Source: Nitrospirota bacterium (GTDB lineage: Bacteria > Nitrospirota > JACRHL01). From it: 64,000 nucleotides of DNA. Numbering within the stretch: position 1 is the first letter of the stretch; each line of letters begins with the position of its first letter. A model generated the notes under the pieces. It saw nothing but the letters and a program-made list of their open reading frames with translations. It did no database searches and had not been told where the DNA came from. Where the stretch lies: assembly GCA_016212085.1 (NCBI GenBank), contig JACRHL010000021.1, positions 27,925 through 91,924 of the forward strand, in the 5' to 3' direction. Shown here piece after piece: positions 33,522 through 44,201 of the stretch. The translations under genes and the position numbers were made by a program.

Positions 33522-35021
33522 ATGGGCAATCCGGACCGCAAAGGCTACTACCGTATCCTGGGGGTGGACCCGTCCGCCTCGGCGGAGGCCGTCAAGAAGG
33601 CCTACCGCCAGCGCTCCAAGGAGCTGCACCCGGACCACAACAAGCGCATGGGCGCCGACATCCAGTTCGCCGCCCTGAACGACGCCTACCGCGTCCTCTC
33701 CGACCCGGACACCCGCGCCCGCTACGACACCACCGGCCTGGAGCGCGAGGCCCCCGGCGGCGGCGAGACCGGGCGCGAGGTGGGCACGCCGGTGCCCTGC
33801 GGCCGCTGCGGCCGGGTGAGCGCCCAGCCGCGCTACGTGATCTTCCACCAGGTGGTCGGCCGCCTGAGGGACGCGGCGGTGGACAGCGTGCAGGGCATCT
33901 ACTGCGCCCGCTGCGCCCGCGACGTGGCCATGACCGCCTCGCTGTTCACCTGGGCGCTGGGGTGGTGGGCCTGGAACGGGCCGCCGCGCACCCTGCGCGC
34001 CATCCGCAACAACATGCGCGGCGGCCAGCGCCCCGCCGCCGCCAACCACCGGCTGCTGGTCTACCAGGCCCAGGCCTTCGAGCAGGCCGGCAAGGCGCCC
34101 CTGGCCCGCGCCCTGGCCAGGGAGGCCCTGGAGATCGACCCGCACGGCGACCTGGCCGCCCTGGCCCGGCGCATCATGGGCCCGGACGACGACGAGGTGC
34201 CGCAGCTCAAGGACCAGTGGAGCCCCGACCCGCTGGCCATGCTGGGCCAGCTCATGCCCGGCATCGTCCTGCTGGTGGCGCTGCTGGTGCTGGTGCCCGA
34301 CTGGCACCGCCCCGCCGGGCCGCCGCCCGGCCCCCATGCCGGTTCCATGCTGCCCGGCGCCCCCCCCGCGCCGCGCCCGGACAGCGAGCACGCGGCCCAC
34401 ATCACCGCCGACGGGGTGATCCTGCGGGTGGCCCCCGGCGACGCCCAGGCCGCCCTGGCCACCCTGGGCCGCTTCGAGGACGTGACGCGCCTGGAGCGCC
34501 TGGGCGGCGGCTGGGTGCGGGTGCGCGCCGGCGACCTGGAGGGCTACGTGCGCCCGGACCAGCTCGCCGGCGGCTACGGCAGCGTGGCGCTGGCCGCCTG
34601 GTGCGCCGAGAGCCTGGGCGACCGCCCCGGCAACGGCCAGGTGTTCACCCGCGCGGGCCAGGGGCCGCACACGGTCAAGGCCGCCAACCACACCCAGGCG
34701 GACGCCCTGGTGAAGCTGAAGGACGACGCCGGCCGCACGGTGCTGGCCTTCTACCTGTGGGCAGGGGCCGAGGCCACCGTGGGGGGCGTGCCGGAGGGGG
34801 CCTTCCAGACCGTGTTCGCCCTGGGCCGGCGCTTCTCCAACGGCTGCGTGACCTTCATGGAGCGCCACGACACCCTGGCGCTGGTCGACCCCGTCGACCT
34901 CCACACCCCCCTGGGCCCGGATACGGGCGGCGCCCTCTACGCCATGGAGGCGCGCCTGGCCCTCACCCCCGCCGGCGCGGGCGCCGTGCCCATCGACCCG
35001 GTGGCCTTCGCCACGGACTGA
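33522..35021 (+). CDS. Membrane J-domain protein with CxxC pairs and SH3-like domain
   Basis: YYRILGV, HPD, AYRVLSDP; CGRC and CARC; TM segments; GGGWVRVRAGDLEGYV. Confidence 0.85.
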   Translation: MGNPDRKGYYRILGVDPSASAEAVKKAYRQRSKELHPDHNKRMGADIQFAALNDAYRVLSDPDTRARYDTTGLEREAPGGGETGREVGTPVPCGRCGRVSAQPRYVIFHQVVGRLRDAAVDSVQGIYCARCARDVAMTASLFTWALGWWAWNGPPRTLRAIRNNMRGGQRPAAANHRLLVYQAQAFEQAGKAPLARALAREALEIDPHGDLAALARRIMGPDDDEVPQLKDQWSPDPLAMLGQLMPGIVLLVALLVLVPDWHRPAGPPPGPHAGSMLPGAPPAPRPDSEHAAHITADGVILRVAPGDAQAALATLGRFEDVTRLERLGGGWVRVRAGDLEGYVRPDQLAGGYGSVALAAWCAESLGDRPGNGQVFTRAGQGPHTVKAANHTQADALVKLKDDAGRTVLAFYLWAGAEATVGGVPEGAFQTVFALGRRFSNGCVTFMERHDTLALVDPVDLHTPLGPDTGGALYAMEARLALTPAGAGAVPIDPVAFATD

Positions 35022-35110
35022 CGGGGAGGTCGGTGCCGCGCCGGGCTGCCATCCGTCACACAATCCGCTAGGCTTGAGGGGAACGGAATCATCGAGCACC
35101 AGGAGGCGGC

Positions 35111-35320
35111 ATGAACGACCACGTTTACAAGCATATCGAACTCACCGGCACGTCCGCGGACGGCATCGAGGCGGCGGTCGGCAACGCGCTGGCGGTGGCG
35201 GCGCTCAGCGTGCGCCACATGCGCTGGCTGGAGGTGATCGACACCCGCGCCCACATCGAGGGGGGGCGCGTGGACCAGTGGCAGGTGACCGTGCGCATCG
35301 CCTTCACCGTCGAGAGCTGA
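35111..35320 (+). CDS. Dodecin
   Basis: [25 protein letters not shown]. Confidence 0.93.
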   Translation: MNDHVYKHIELTGTSADGIEAAVGNALAVAALSVRHMRWLEVIDTRAHIEGGRVDQWQVTVRIAFTVES

Positions 35321-35760
35321 GGGCCCCGCTTAACGCCCCGCCCCCCCAAGCCGACGAAAGCCGTGGGGGCGGGGCGGGCTCGGGTCCCCCGGAGGGGGCC
35401 GTGCCAGGGGGGTGGGGCGGGGGCCGCCGCCCGCCCGGCCGGGTGGAAATCCGGAAAAAATCCGGCACCCGGTGGCCCGGACGAACGCTTGCCGTGCGCG
35501 GCACCCCGCCCAACAATCCATGAGGGTGCGGGAGGAAAACGCACCGGGGCGCCGGGGCACCGTTGAGCGCGGCGCCCCGCCGGCGGTTTCCCGTCCCGCG
35601 CGGGCTCCCGGACGGGAGGTTGCAAACGCCGTCCGGCGCCTGTTTCAACGGGAAACCGGGAACGCGCGGTGGCTTCCGGTCTCCCCTGGTTTCAAGCGCG
35701 TCGGCGCATGCAATCCGCCCCCCTGCGCCGGACGCACGCCGGAAAACCCCCGGCGCCCGG

Positions 35761-36399
35761 TCAGCGGTTGGGCTGCGGCGTCATGCGCAGGTACGGCTTG
35801 AGCTCCGTCCACCCCTTCGGGAAGCGCCGCTGCATCTCCTTCGGGTCCGTGAGGGCGGGCACGATCACGCACTCGCCGCCGTCGGTCCAGTCGGCGGGCG
35901 TGGCCACCTTGTAGGTGTCGGTGAGTTGCAGCGAGTCGATGACGCGCAGGATCTCGTCAAAATTGCGGCCGGTGCTGGGCGGATAGGTGAAGCTCAGCCG
36001 CAGCTTCTTGTTCGGGTCGATCACGAACACGGAGCGCACCGTGAAGGTGTCGCTGGTGTTGGGGTGGATCATCCCGTACAGGTTCGAGATGGTGCGGTCC
36101 GGGTCGGCGATGACCGGGAAGGTCACCGCCTGCCCCTGGGTCTCCTCGATGTCGCCCAGCCAGCTCTTGTGGGCCTGCAAGGGGTCCACGGACAGGGCGA
36201 TCATCTTCACGTTGCGCTTCTGGAAGGCGGCCATGCGCCGCGAGGCGGCGGCCAGCTCGGTGGTGCACACCGGGGTGAAGTCCGCCGGGTGCGAGAACAG
36301 CACCGCCCACGAGTCACCGATCCACTTGTGGAGGGATATCCGCCCCATGGTGGTTTCGGCGCTGAAATCGGGCACGACGTCGCCAAGTTGCAGTGCCAT
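35761..36399 (-). CDS. 1-Cys peroxiredoxin (Prx6)
   Basis: FSHPADFTPVCTTEL, YPPSTGRNFDEILR. Confidence 0.95.
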   Translation of the reverse strand: MALQLGDVVPDFSAETTMGRISLHKWIGDSWAVLFSHPADFTPVCTTELAAASRRMAAFQKRNVKMIALSVDPLQAHKSWLGDIEETQGQAVTFPVIADPDRTISNLYGMIHPNTSDTFTVRSVFVIDPNKKLRLSFTYPPSTGRNFDEILRVIDSLQLTDTYKVATPADWTDGGECVIVPALTDPKEMQRRFPKGWTELKPYLRMTPQPNR

Positions 36400-36526
36400 A
36401 TGGAACCCTCCTTTGGTCGTTTGCGCGGGGGCCGGTTCGGATTGACTGCGCGGCGCGCCGGGCCCCATCAAAATACGCATGAAACCATGCGGTTTTGCGC
36501 CGGCCGTGAACCTTGACACCTCAACG

Positions 36527-39265
36527 CTAACACCGCCGACCCCCTTGCGAAAGGGGGCGGGTCGCGGATTTTTTTTGCCGCTTGTCGGGGGCGGTTTTCG
36601 GCGGCTCAGGCGGTGACGGGGGGGACGCCGGCCCCCGCTCGCCGTCGATCAGCGCGCGCACCTGCCAGCCGATGCGCGCCATGGGATAGGGCTTGCTGAG
36701 CACCACCACGGGCTGCCACGCCTCCGCGTCGGCCAGCACGCTGCCCCGGTCGAAACCGGTGGTGAAGATCACCGGCAGGTCGGGGCGCCGGGCGCGCATG
36801 CGGCGCACCGCCTCCACCCCGCCCAGGCGCGGCATCACCACGTCCACCAGCGCCAGGGTGACGCGGCCGGGGTCGCCGTCGAACAGGGTGCAGGCGGTCT
36901 CGCCGTCGGCGGCGTCGAGCACCTCGTAGCCCAGGTCCCTGAGCACCTCGCGGGCGGTGAGGCGCACCAGCTCCTCGTCGTCGGCGAGCAGGATGGTTTC
37001 GCCGGGGTGGGCGCGCGGCACCTGCGCCGGATCGGGCGCGGGCAGCTCGGCCTTGGCCACCGCCGCCAGGGGCAGCAGCACCCGGAAGGTGGTGCCCTCG
37101 CCCTCGCGGCTGTCCACCTCCATCACGCCGCCGTGGGCGCGCACGGTGCCGTAGCACATGGCCAGCCCCAGGCCGGTGCCCCGCCCCACCTCCTTGGTGG
37201 TGAAGAACGGCTCGAACAGCTTTTCCATGTGATCCTGGGGAATGCCGCAGCCGTTGTCGGACACGGCGATGAGCGCCAGCCGGCCGCCGGGCAGGTCCGG
37301 GTGCGGGCGGCGCAGGGCCGGGGTGGCGTCGATCACGCCCAGGGTGACGGCGATCACCGGCCGCGCGCGCCCTTCCAGGGCGTCACGGGCGTTGAACAGC
37401 AGGTTCACCAGCACCTGCTGCAACAGGTTGGCATCGCCGCGCACGGTCAGGGCCGCCTCCGGCAGCACGCCCTGGATGGCGATGCGCTCGGGCATGCCGG
37501 CGCGGGCGGCCGTCACCGCGTCCCGCACCACGGCGGTCAGGTCGCACAGGCCCAGGGCCACCTTGCGCTGCCGCGAGAAGGCCAGCAACTGGGCCACCAT
37601 GTCGGCGGCGCGCTGGCCGAGGCGCTCGGCGATGTCGAGCTTTTCGAGCACCGCGTTGTTGTCGCCCAGGCGGCGCCGGGCCAGGTGCAGGGAACCCTGG
37701 AGGCTGGTGAGGATGTTGTTGAAGTCGTGGGCGATGCCGCCCACCAGGGTGCCCAGCGCCTCCATGCGCCGCGCGTGGCGGTACTCCTCCTCCAGGCGGC
37801 GCTGCTCGGTGATGTCGGTGAGGGTGACGTGCACCTCGACGGGCCGGGGGCCGTCGTCGATCTGGGGCACGGCGTCCAGCAGCACCCAGGTGGGGGGGCC
37901 GCCCGCCGCCGGGGTGATGCCGAGCACCTCGCCGACGACGGGAACCCGGTCGCGCAGGGCCACGATGACCGGGCAATCGTCGTAGCCGACCGTGGAGCCG
38001 TCCTCCCGCTGCGCGCTGAACAGCGGGTCCTTGAGGGAGGCGCCCGTCAGCTGCTCGCGGGTGGTGCCCAGCATGCGGGCGGCGGCGGGGTTCACGGCGG
38101 TCACGTTGACCTGGTCGTCGTACACCACCATGCCCTGGGCCATGTGGTTGAACAGGTGCTGGTAGCGCGCCTCGCTGGCGGCGGCGGCGGCCTGGGCCTC
38201 GGTGCCCGTGGTGATGTCGCGCACGGTCCCCACCACCCGCTGCCGGTCGCCTTCGCCCGCCAGGCCGAGCTGGGCGCGCACGTGGCGCAGCGTGCCGTCG
38301 GGCCGCAGCATCCGGTGGGTGAACGGCGCCGGTTCGGCGCCGGCGCGCAGGGCGTGCACGTGCGCCTCCAGCGCCGGCCGGTCGTCCGGGTGGACGGCGG
38401 CGAGCAGGCCCGCGTAACCCCCCCGCATCCGCTCCCGGGGCACGCCCATGATGCGCAGCATCTCGTTGGAGAAGGTGACGGCGCCGCCGTGCGGGTCCCA
38501 CTCCCAGTGGCCCAGATGGGCGATGGCCTGGGCCCGGTCGAGCCCCTCCTGGGCGTGGCGGCGCTCGCCGATCTCGCGCTCCAGGGCGGCCCGGTCGGCG
38601 GCCTTGCGCGTTTCGGCGCGGCGCACGTAGGTGACGGCGACAACCCCCAGCACCAGGCTGGCCAGCAGCAGCGCCAGCAGGTCGTGCCGGAAGGTCCGCA
38701 GGGAGCGGTCCATGGCCGTCTGGGCCTGGGTGTGCACCTTGGCGGCGACGCGGGTCAGGGCGTCGTACACGGAATCGGTGGCGGCGGCCAGGCCCGGCCA
38801 CGGCCGGGAACGGGTGGCGGGAAAATGCTCGCGGGCCAGGGCCTCGAAGCTGCTCAGCAGCGTGTCCATGCGGGCAAGCTGGCGCGCCAAGGCCGGGTCG
38901 ACCACGGCCGCCACGCGATCGCCACCGGGGGTCTGGCCGCCGTGGCGGATGGCGTCCAGAAAGGCGCGCGCACGCGCCAGGTGGAGGCGGGCGCGCTCCG
39001 CCGAGCGGCTGCCGCTCATGTCCGTATCGGCCCCCTCCTCCAGCCACAGGTGGGCGGCGGTGACCTCGAAGAGGATGCCGTGGGCGGCCTCGGCCAGCGG
39101 CTCGTAACGGGTGGAGATGCGGGTGACGATGTACAGGCCGTAGCCCAGCGCGCCCACCACGAACGCGGCGATCAGGGCGATCACCACGAACTCGCCGTGG
39201 CGTGGCCGGAAACGCCGGTAAAACGGCGTTCCGACGGGTTGTCGGTCGGGTTCCGTCACGCCCAA
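36527..39265 (-). CDS. Hybrid sensor kinase (2 TM, 2 PAS, HisKA, HATPase, receiver); start approximate
   Basis: GGIAHDFNNIL, FEPFFTTK, GTGLGL, ILLADDE, DVVMP. Confidence 0.93.
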   Translation of the reverse strand: MGVTEPDRQPVGTPFYRRFRPRHGEFVVIALIAAFVVGALGYGLYIVTRISTRYEPLAEAAHGILFEVTAAHLWLEEGADTDMSGSRSAERARLHLARARAFLDAIRHGGQTPGGDRVAAVVDPALARQLARMDTLLSSFEALAREHFPATRSRPWPGLAAATDSVYDALTRVAAKVHTQAQTAMDRSLRTFRHDLLALLLASLVLGVVAVTYVRRAETRKAADRAALEREIGERRHAQEGLDRAQAIAHLGHWEWDPHGGAVTFSNEMLRIMGVPRERMRGGYAGLLAAVHPDDRPALEAHVHALRAGAEPAPFTHRMLRPDGTLRHVRAQLGLAGEGDRQRVVGTVRDITTGTEAQAAAAASEARYQHLFNHMAQGMVVYDDQVNVTAVNPAAARMLGTTREQLTGASLKDPLFSAQREDGSTVGYDDCPVIVALRDRVPVVGEVLGITPAAGGPPTWVLLDAVPQIDDGPRPVEVHVTLTDITEQRRLEEEYRHARRMEALGTLVGGIAHDFNNILTSLQGSLHLARRRLGDNNAVLEKLDIAERLGQRAADMVAQLLAFSRQRKVALGLCDLTAVVRDAVTAARAGMPERIAIQGVLPEAALTVRGDANLLQQVLVNLLFNARDALEGRARPVIAVTLGVIDATPALRRPHPDLPGGRLALIAVSDNGCGIPQDHMEKLFEPFFTTKEVGRGTGLGLAMCYGTVRAHGGVMEVDSREGEGTTFRVLLPLAAVAKAELPAPDPAQVPRAHPGETILLADDEELVRLTAREVLRDLGYEVLDAADGETACTLFDGDPGRVTLALVDVVMPRLGGVEAVRRMRARRPDLPVIFTTGFDRGSVLADAEAWQPVVVLSKPYPMARIGWQVRALIDGERGPASPPSPPEPPKTAPDKRQKKSATRPLSQGGRRC

Positions 39266-39422
39266 ATGACTCCCTCCCCCGTGCCGCCGCGGCGCGGAAT
39301 GGTACCGGCCCCGGACGGCACCCCCCCCGAAAACAAACACGGCCAGCCCGGACCAGCCGTTCTCCCTGAAGGCCCTAACCCTAGCAAGTTGCGACACCAA
39401 TCACAAGGGCACCTCCGACAGG

Positions 39423-39558
39423 TGGTTGAAAAAGTCCTTCCATGGACTTTTTCAACCCGGAACCGGAACAGCGCCGCCTTAATGTTTATAATTATTTCAA
39501 TAGCTTACGAGACATAACTCCACAGGCTTGCCGAAAAGCGGTGTTTTTCAACAGCCTG
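39423..39558. repeat. AT-rich palindromic remnants (gttgaaaaa...tttttcaac type)
   Basis: ggttgaaaaagtcc-ttccat-ggactttttcaacc and caggct...tttttcaacagcctg; similar arms at 48580-48638. Confidence 0.6.
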
Positions 39559-39714
39559 CTGAAAACCGTCGCGAGCGGTTCGGGTGCGAGGCGGCGGCAT
39601 GGCGGTGCCGACGCCCCCGTTCCGGGGACAGGCCGCTGCCCGCCCTGTTACCCTATGGGACACACCCGGCCCGATGGTGGGCGCGGGGCCGTGGCGGCGG
39701 AGGCGACGGGAACC

Positions 39715-42039
39715 ATGCCAACCCCTGGGGGTGACGACCCGCTCGCGCGGGCGCGGGCGCTGCACCGCCGGGGCGACCTGGCGGGCGCCGAGCACGCCTA
39801 CCGCCAGTGCCTGGCCACCCGCCCGGACGACGGCGAGGCGCTGCACGGCCTGGGGCTGGCCTGTCTCCAGGGGGGCGCGCCGGGCCCGGCGGCGGAGGCG
39901 TTCCGGCGCTGCCTGGCGGCATACCCCGGCCACGCCCCCAGCCTCAACCACCTGGGGGTGGCGCTCCGCCGCCTGAACGACCCCGCCGGCGCCCGCCGCG
40001 CCCTGGAGCAGGCGTTGCGGGCGGACCCCGGCATGGCCCTGGCCCACGCCAACCTGGGCGACCTGCTCCTGGACGGGGGCGACCGGGCGGGCGCCGTGGC
40101 CGCCTACCGGAAGGCCGTGGCCCTGGAACCGGGCATGGCCGCCGCCCACCACAACCTGGGGCTGGCCCTGAAGGCCCTGGGGCGGCCGGCGGAGGCGGTG
40201 GCCGCCTACCGGGCCGCCCTGGCCGCCCGGCCGGGGCTGCCCGCCGCCCTGGCCAACCTGGGCAACGCCCTGCTCGACCTGGGGCGCCCCGCCGAGGCGG
40301 AGGCGGCCCTGCGCCAGGCGCTGGCCGCCGATCCCGCCAACCCGGACACCCGCGTGAACCTGTCCTCCGCCCTGCTCGCCCAGGAGCGCTGGGCGGAGGC
40401 GGCCGACCTGTGCGCGGCGGCGCTGGCCGCCCGCCCGGACCACCCCCAGGCCCTGCACAACCTGGCCGCCCTGCGCATGGCGCAGAACCGGCCGGACGAC
40501 GCGGAGGCGGCGGCGCGCCGGCTGCTCACGCACGCCCCGACGTTCCCCGGCGCCCACGCCCTGCTGGGGCTGGCCCTGCGCGACCAGGGGCGGCTGGCGG
40601 AGGCCGTCGATGCGCTGGCCGCCGCCCGCGGGGCGGACCCCGCCGACCTGCGCGCCCACGAGTTCCTCATGCACACCGCCCGCCAGTTGTGTGACTTCGA
40701 CCGGGTGGCGGAGGCGGAGGCGGCCCTGTTCGCCCGGCTCCGGGTCGGCCCCGGCGTGTCGCCCCTGGCGCTCATGTGCGCCGAGCCGCCGCCGGGCGCC
40801 GACATGGGGGCGCTGCTGCTGGAAAACGCCCGCGCCTACGTGGCGCGCACCGTGCGCGACACCCCCGCCCTCCCCGCCCCGCCGCCACGGCCGGACGGGC
40901 CGCTCACCATCGGCTACCTGTCGGCGGACTTCGGACAGCACGCGGTGGGCTCGCTGGTGGCGGAGCTGTTCGCCCGCCACGACCGGTCGCGCTTCCGGGT
41001 GCTGGGCCTGCCCTTGATCCCCTCCGACGGCAGCCCCACCGCCCACGCCATCCAGGCCGCCCTGGACGGCACCGTCGACCTGGCCCCCCTGTCCACCGCC
41101 GAGGCCGCCCGCGCCATCCGCCGGGCGGGGGTGGACATCCTGGTGGACCTGATGGGCCACACCCGCCACGCCCGCACCGCTATCCTGGCGCACCGGCCCG
41201 CGCCGATCCAGGTGAACTACCTGGGCTTCCCCGGCACCACCGGCAGCGCCTTCCACGACTATGCGCTGGTGGACCCGGTGGTGGCGCCGCCGGGCCACGA
41301 GCGCCACTTCTCCGAGGCCTTGTGCCGCCTCCCCTTCAGCTACTTTCCCGCCCGCTCCGGGGAGGCGCCGGGCAGGCCGCCGTCACGGTCCGCCTGCGGC
41401 CTGCCGGAGCGGGGCTTCGTGTTCTGCTGCTTCAACGACACCTACAAGATCACCGCCCCCGTGTTCGCCCTGTGGATGGACCTCCTGAAGTCCGTGCCCG
41501 GCGCGGTGCTGTGGCTGCGCCACGCCGGCCCGGCCGCCCAGGGCAACCTGCGCGCCCACGCCAGGGGCGCGGGGGTGGACCCGGCGCTCCTGGTGTTCGC
41601 CGACAAGGTGCCGGACCACGGCCACCACCTGGCCCGGCAGGCCCTGGCCGGCCTGTTCCTGGACACCCGCCCCTACAACGCCCACACCACCGCCAGCGAC
41701 GCCCTGTGGGCGGGGGTGCCCGTGCTCACCTGCCCCGGCGCCACCTTCGCCGGGCGGGTGGCCGCCAGCCTGCTCTCCGCCGCCGGGCTGCCCGAGCTGA
41801 TCGCCCCGGACCCGGACGCCTACCGGGCCACGGCCCTGGCGCTGGCCACGGAGCCGGAACGGCTCGACGCCCTGCGCGAACGGCTGAAATCCGCCTCCCC
41901 CCTGTTCGACCCGGACGGCTTTGCCCGGGCGGTGGAGGCGGCCTACGGGGCCATGTGGGCGCGCCACCGGGCGAGGCGGGCGCCGGCGACCCTGGCCATC
42001 ACCCCGGAAATGCTCGGGCGCGGGCCTCATTCGCCGTGA
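39715..42039 (+). CDS. TPR-containing O-GlcNAc transferase-like glycosyltransferase (GT41/SPINDLY)
   Basis: Many TPRs; IGYLSADFGQHAVG, DILVDLMGHT, RPAPIQVNYLGFPGTTG, LDTRPYNAHTTASDALWAGVP. Confidence 0.93.
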   Translation: MPTPGGDDPLARARALHRRGDLAGAEHAYRQCLATRPDDGEALHGLGLACLQGGAPGPAAEAFRRCLAAYPGHAPSLNHLGVALRRLNDPAGARRALEQALRADPGMALAHANLGDLLLDGGDRAGAVAAYRKAVALEPGMAAAHHNLGLALKALGRPAEAVAAYRAALAARPGLPAALANLGNALLDLGRPAEAEAALRQALAADPANPDTRVNLSSALLAQERWAEAADLCAAALAARPDHPQALHNLAALRMAQNRPDDAEAAARRLLTHAPTFPGAHALLGLALRDQGRLAEAVDALAAARGADPADLRAHEFLMHTARQLCDFDRVAEAEAALFARLRVGPGVSPLALMCAEPPPGADMGALLLENARAYVARTVRDTPALPAPPPRPDGPLTIGYLSADFGQHAVGSLVAELFARHDRSRFRVLGLPLIPSDGSPTAHAIQAALDGTVDLAPLSTAEAARAIRRAGVDILVDLMGHTRHARTAILAHRPAPIQVNYLGFPGTTGSAFHDYALVDPVVAPPGHERHFSEALCRLPFSYFPARSGEAPGRPPSRSACGLPERGFVFCCFNDTYKITAPVFALWMDLLKSVPGAVLWLRHAGPAAQGNLRAHARGAGVDPALLVFADKVPDHGHHLARQALAGLFLDTRPYNAHTTASDALWAGVPVLTCPGATFAGRVAASLLSAAGLPELIAPDPDAYRATALALATEPERLDALRERLKSASPLFDPDGFARAVEAAYGAMWARHRARRAPATLAITPEMLGRGPHSP

Positions 42040-42061
42040 AGCGGCTCCCGAAAAGAGGAGT

Positions 42062-42862
42062 GTGAACCTGATCTCCCGCCATGTGGGCCGCATCCTGGCC
42101 GACTACCTGAGCCGCAAGGTGGGCGGCTACCTGCCGTTCGCGGTGATCTCGGAGGAGGCGCTGCGCGCCACCCTGGTTCCCGGCGACATCCTGCTGGTGG
42201 AGGGCAACCAGCACGTGAGCGTGGCCATCAAGTACCTGACCCAGTCCACCTGGTCGCACGCGGTCATGTATGTGGGCGACGCCCTGGCCCCGGAGGACGC
42301 CGGGCCCGACGCGCCGCGCTTCATCGAGGCCGACCTGCGCAACGGCGTGGTGGGGCGTCCGTTCTCCCACTATGCGGGGCTGAACAGCCGCATCTGCCGG
42401 GCGCCGGGGCTCACCCCGGAGCACCGGGGGCGGGTGGTGAACTTCCTGGTGGAACGGCTGGGGATGACCTACGACCTGAAGAACGTGGTGGACCTGCTGC
42501 GCTACATGCTGCCCAAGCCCGCCGTGCCGCCGCGCTGGCGCCGCCGCATGCTGGCCCTGGGCAGCGGCGACCCCACCCGCGCCATCTGCTCCACCCTGAT
42601 CGCCCAGGCGTTCCAGACCGTGGGCTACCCCATCCTGCCCATCGTGGTGCGCCCCGGGCACCGGCCGCGCATGCGCCGCCGCCACCACACCCTGTACACC
42701 CCGCGCGACTTCGACCTGTCACCCTATTTCCAGGTGGTCAAGCCCACCCTGGAGCGCGGCTTCGACTACCGCCACATCCAGTGGGAGGACAACCCCGATT
42801 ACCAGGAGGCCGCGCCGGAGCCGGAGCGCGAGGCCCCGGAGGGCGCGGTCATACCCGGGTGA
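42062..42862 (+). CDS. YiiX/YebB-like permuted papain-like (NlpC/P60) enzyme
   Basis: PGDILLVEG, STWSHA, ICSTLIA, PRDFDLSPYF. Confidence 0.85.
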   Translation: MNLISRHVGRILADYLSRKVGGYLPFAVISEEALRATLVPGDILLVEGNQHVSVAIKYLTQSTWSHAVMYVGDALAPEDAGPDAPRFIEADLRNGVVGRPFSHYAGLNSRICRAPGLTPEHRGRVVNFLVERLGMTYDLKNVVDLLRYMLPKPAVPPRWRRRMLALGSGDPTRAICSTLIAQAFQTVGYPILPIVVRPGHRPRMRRRHHTLYTPRDFDLSPYFQVVKPTLERGFDYRHIQWEDNPDYQEAAPEPEREAPEGAVIPG

Positions 42863-44198
42863 AGCGCACGTGAACCCCCGGATGGAAGGGGCCGGCGAGC
42901 TGGCGGATGCGCGCCACCAGGTGCGCGTCCAGCAGGTGGCCGCGCGGCAGCCAGACCACCCCGTTCTCCGACAGCAGGTCCCGCGATAGCACCATGCCCG
43001 GCTCCAGCTCGTCCGGGGCGAGGTGGATGTCCGGTTCCGATACCACCTGGCCGCCGGCCCTGCCGAACAGCTCGATGAAGGTATCCACCACCTGCGCGTC
43101 GTAATGGGTGCCGCGGTGCTGGACCAGGTATTCGCAGGCGGCGGCCTCGCCCAGGGGCCGGCGCTCGAGCATGCCGGCGGTGAGGGCGAAGTAGTCGCCC
43201 ACCACGGCCAGGACGCGCGCGCCCAGGGGGATGTTGTTGCCCAGCAGGCCATCCGGGAAGCCGCTGCCGTTGATCCGCTCCCGGTGCGAGCGGATCAGGC
43301 GCGCCGCCCCCTGCAACGGCTCCAGGGCCATGAGCGCCGCCTGGCCGTCCAGGGGGTAGCGGCGCACCCGCTCCAGCTCCTCCGGTGACAGGCGGTTGAA
43401 GGGGCGGTTCATGAGGTCGTCCGAGAAGCCCATCTTGCCGATGTCGCGCAGCAGCGCCGCGAACAGCACGTCCTGCGCCTCCGCCTCGGCCATGCCCAGG
43501 GCCAGGGCCAGCCGGTGGGCGCGCTCGCCCACCACGCGGGCCGGCTGGGTGCCGTGCACCTGGCGCATCTCGATCAGCCGCGCGAAGGTCTTGATGGCGG
43601 CCACATAGCCGTCCTTCAGCTCCCGGTTGGCCTCCTGGAGCTTGGCCAGGGTGGCGCGCAGCTCGTGGGTGCGGGCCTGCACCTTCTGCTCCAGGTTGGC
43701 GTTCAGGTCCTTGAGCTCCGCGTTCTGGCGCTCGGTGAGCGCCGTCAGGCGGTGCCGCTCGCGCTCCAGGAACTGCACCTCCAGGGCCTGGCGCACGTCC
43801 ACCAGCAGGTCGTCGTCGTTCCACGGCTTGCTCAGGTAGCGGAAGATCTTGCCGTTGTTGATGGCGGCCACCGCGGACGACAGGTCCGCATAGCCGGTGA
43901 GCAGGATGCGCATCACCGCCGGCCACCGTTCCGCCACGTGGGTCAGGAACTGGGCGCCGTCCATGCCCGGCATGCGCATGTCGGACACCACCAGGTCCAC
44001 CGCCTCCCGCCCCAGCACCTCGAGCCCCGCCTCGCCCCCCTCGGCGCAGATCACCCGGTAGCCGGAGCGCCGGAACAGGCGGTTGAGGGACTTCAGGATG
44101 TTGGCCTCGTCGTCCACGCACAGCACGGTGGCGGGCGGGCGTTCCGTGGCGGGCGCGGCGGGCGCGGCGGGCTTGCTGACGGCCTCGGTGACGTTCAT
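42849..44198 (-). CDS. Response regulator with degenerate HD-GYP domain
   Basis: Receiver (CVDDE, SDMRMP); LLRDIGK, HRERINGSGFPDGL. Confidence 0.9.
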   Translation of the reverse strand: MNVTEAVSKPAAPAAPATERPPATVLCVDDEANILKSLNRLFRRSGYRVICAEGGEAGLEVLGREAVDLVVSDMRMPGMDGAQFLTHVAERWPAVMRILLTGYADLSSAVAAINNGKIFRYLSKPWNDDDLLVDVRQALEVQFLERERHRLTALTERQNAELKDLNANLEQKVQARTHELRATLAKLQEANRELKDGYVAAIKTFARLIEMRQVHGTQPARVVGERAHRLALALGMAEAEAQDVLFAALLRDIGKMGFSDDLMNRPFNRLSPEELERVRRYPLDGQAALMALEPLQGAARLIRSHRERINGSGFPDGLLGNNIPLGARVLAVVGDYFALTAGMLERRPLGEAAACEYLVQHRGTHYDAQVVDTFIELFGRAGGQVVSEPDIHLAPDELEPGMVLSRDLLSENGVVWLPRGHLLDAHLVARIRQLAGPFHPGVHVRFTRV

Positions 44199-44201
44199 GG
44201 G

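Noticed and set aside
39478-39518. dif-like AT-rich site
   Set aside because: Does not match the XerC/XerD arm consensus; lies among repeat remnants.
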